Origin: a virus | Taxonomy: Duplodnaviria; Caudoviricetes | Strand: one strand, 5' to 3' | Virus record (IMG/VR): IMGVR_UViG_3300025066_000007 | DNA length: 64,000 nt | Shown: positions 63,601-64,000 of the stretch, in pieces | Numbering within the stretch: the stretch's first letter is position 1 | Layout: every line of letters begins with the position of its first letter | Translations under genes and position numbers: made by a program | Notes under the pieces: generated by a model | Told to the model about the DNA's origin: nothing | Databases searched by the model: none | Seen by the model: the letters and a program-made list of their open reading frames with translations, nothing else

Positions 63601-64000
63601 TACGTCTTTCCTTGCTACTTCAACGATCTCTTCATCTGCATTTGTAAACTTCGGAGACATGCCCGTCAGGCCGCCTTCTGCGGCGAACAAACCAAGCAGT
63701 CTAGCCTCAGGAGCCTCAAGGGTTGTCTTCGGACAGATAACTCCAAGGCTTCTTGGTGTTGCAACAAAGTCTCCTTCCGTAAGAAGTGAGGCCTTCTTAC
63801 AGTTTAGGTCATCAGATAAAATTGGATGTGTTTTAGAAACACGCTCAGAAATGCCAGAGACCATAGTCACTTCTAGCATACTCTTTACTCCAGATACCTG
63901 AGTCGCAACAACTTTGGCTGGCCTCAGCTTGAGATCTTCGTCAAGGCCCCATACATAAAAATCCCGAAAATTTTCATGCAGTTCTTTTACAGAAGTTTTT
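60655..64000 (-). CDS. sbcC: SbcC/Rad50/gp46-like SMC ATPase (5' end beyond the window; contains an intein)
   Basis: Coiled coil with CYVC hook, LSGGEKFRISLALRIGL, LLLDEVNSPLD, VITHD; frame checked open from 63879 to 63999. Confidence 0.9.
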   Translation of the reverse strand, partial: KTSVKELHENFRDFYVWGLDEDLKLRPAKVVATQVSGVKSMLEVTMVSGISERVSKTHPILSDDLNCKKASLLTEGDFVATPRSLGVICPKTTLEAPEARLLGLFAAEGGLTGMSPKFTNADEEIVEVARKDVKDIFGGALSKQELTYTITSANDRRGNGAAILKRMQELGISLEEMSPNNWSRIKALQHALNYDKLLSFNDPIITRAAKSLSSARASRDFFKKYNLMGKKAIDKTLPTIFFSESKENVGAFLGMFFSGDGYIANTEKSREVSFRLESRQLAYDIQSLLLRFGVTGTVRRKLIAKKHNSWTLSLHTEAGNFDRFFDLVEGHVYGPKKARLLAMRKKIQSIRGNPNKDVVPSSLFRDEIQESIKSGAFYGNRDRFNLSRSQIRNKNMSRSKLGKYAAFMKSDRLTALSNADIYWDKVKAIKEIPDEQTYDIQIDNHTKLYALNGFITHNSVIFEGILWCLFNKSRSAMMDDIIRWGESICSVAMEFKHEDKVYRVKRTRNRVNSTSEVELHCLDKAGDWIDKSGSTSGSTNKKIEETIRLDHKTFVNSIYFRQNDISEFAEVEASRKKEILKSIVDVSRWDSYEKEAKKKAKELSMECKILKKSVEDYDVTFEELEDVRLNVSQSKERVGELQSKRSAYSKDISSLEVKYSKLKSSLDTDAYDKATEEILILNEKRGRLLGQVTDCKKRIFDLETEEAPILVLAGKLELYLKEKVLEEVDELKVEDLTSELSFYKVEKASSQELIRSLDDIEIAQDRCYVCSQDIDQELYDSLKKDILCKRGTYSERNSVAIRELRNTEDALNALLKTKAENVKILKAREKLEIENHKLSILKKNIAQYKQELSAAEIAAVEAADRLKRNKSQLESIKNEDFQAIRKNLKIFRAELSVLLENISKENVSIGRLLERESTLSAKLKKMSEDKKSIAKKMAAVSTFDKLAKMFGKNGIQAVLLDTIIEDLEKTSNVILSSICNEPASIVLETQRVGSDGVSTIETLDLKVQKDGHLQSFKSLSGGEKFRISLALRIGLSDMSSRYGGSSLEFLLLDEVNSPLDRYGVETLFVNVIKALEDKYKILVITHDESLKEKFDNIIDITKVNGESSIKFTTR
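62626..64000 (-). mobile_element. LAGLIDADG intein in SbcC, probably inserted at Walker A (N-terminus off-window)
   Basis: RVSKTHP block B; LLGLFAAEGG and FLGMFFSGDG; TYDIQIDNH...GFITHN|S end at 62626; downstream extein SVIFEGILWCLF is the post-Walker-A segment. Confidence 0.85.

Noticed and set aside
1-64000. Stop-codon reassignment (code 15/4), as seen in some large phages
   Set aside because: Genes are full length and tightly packed under code 11, and TAG and TGA are used as genuine stops (e.g. 2358, 39164, 58964, 7694)
1-64000. tRNA, rRNA or structured ncRNA genes
   Set aside because: No T-loop/anticodon cloverleaf patterns were seen, and intergenic gaps are short and explained by terminators and promoter motifs; a covariance search was not possible

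Overview
This is a 64-kb fragment of a large (jumbo-type) tailed dsDNA bacteriophage genome, read in the standard bacterial genetic code. It is densely coding and almost entirely on the minus strand; the only convincing plus-strand gene is 1695..2372. In transcription order (right to left) there are four blocks. (i) Recombination, replication and transcription, ~64000-39164: intein-containing SbcC/gp46, Cas4-like nuclease, a sigma factor with a Zn ribbon, a degenerate XerD-like protein, a 2280-aa orphan, DnaE, UvsY-like, SSB, RuvC, GroEL, RecA and primase. (ii) Head morphogenesis and packaging, ~39063-12232: many putative internal head proteins, TerS candidate, CCA-adding enzyme, TerL and portal (each with an intein), protease-scaffold fusion, two paralogous decoration proteins and an HK97-fold major capsid protein. 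(iii) A double-HNH endonuclease, a J-domain/fibre chimera and neck/Ig-like proteins. (iv) A set of enzyme-like accessory genes. Three hidden patterns cut across genes. First, a ~20-aa helical tag (L-x2-L-x3-L-x3-G-x4-A-x2-hydrophobic) is appended N- or C-terminally to otherwise unrelated proteins. Second, a hydrophobic-x-[KR]-x-A motif is pervasive in head-module proteins and fits maturation-protease sites. Third, an intergenic CTA[CT]TAAT motif sits upstream of structural genes and fits a late promoter. Together they suggest a tag-and-process system that loads many cargo proteins into the capsid. All functional labels come from motif recognition by eye; no database searches were run.
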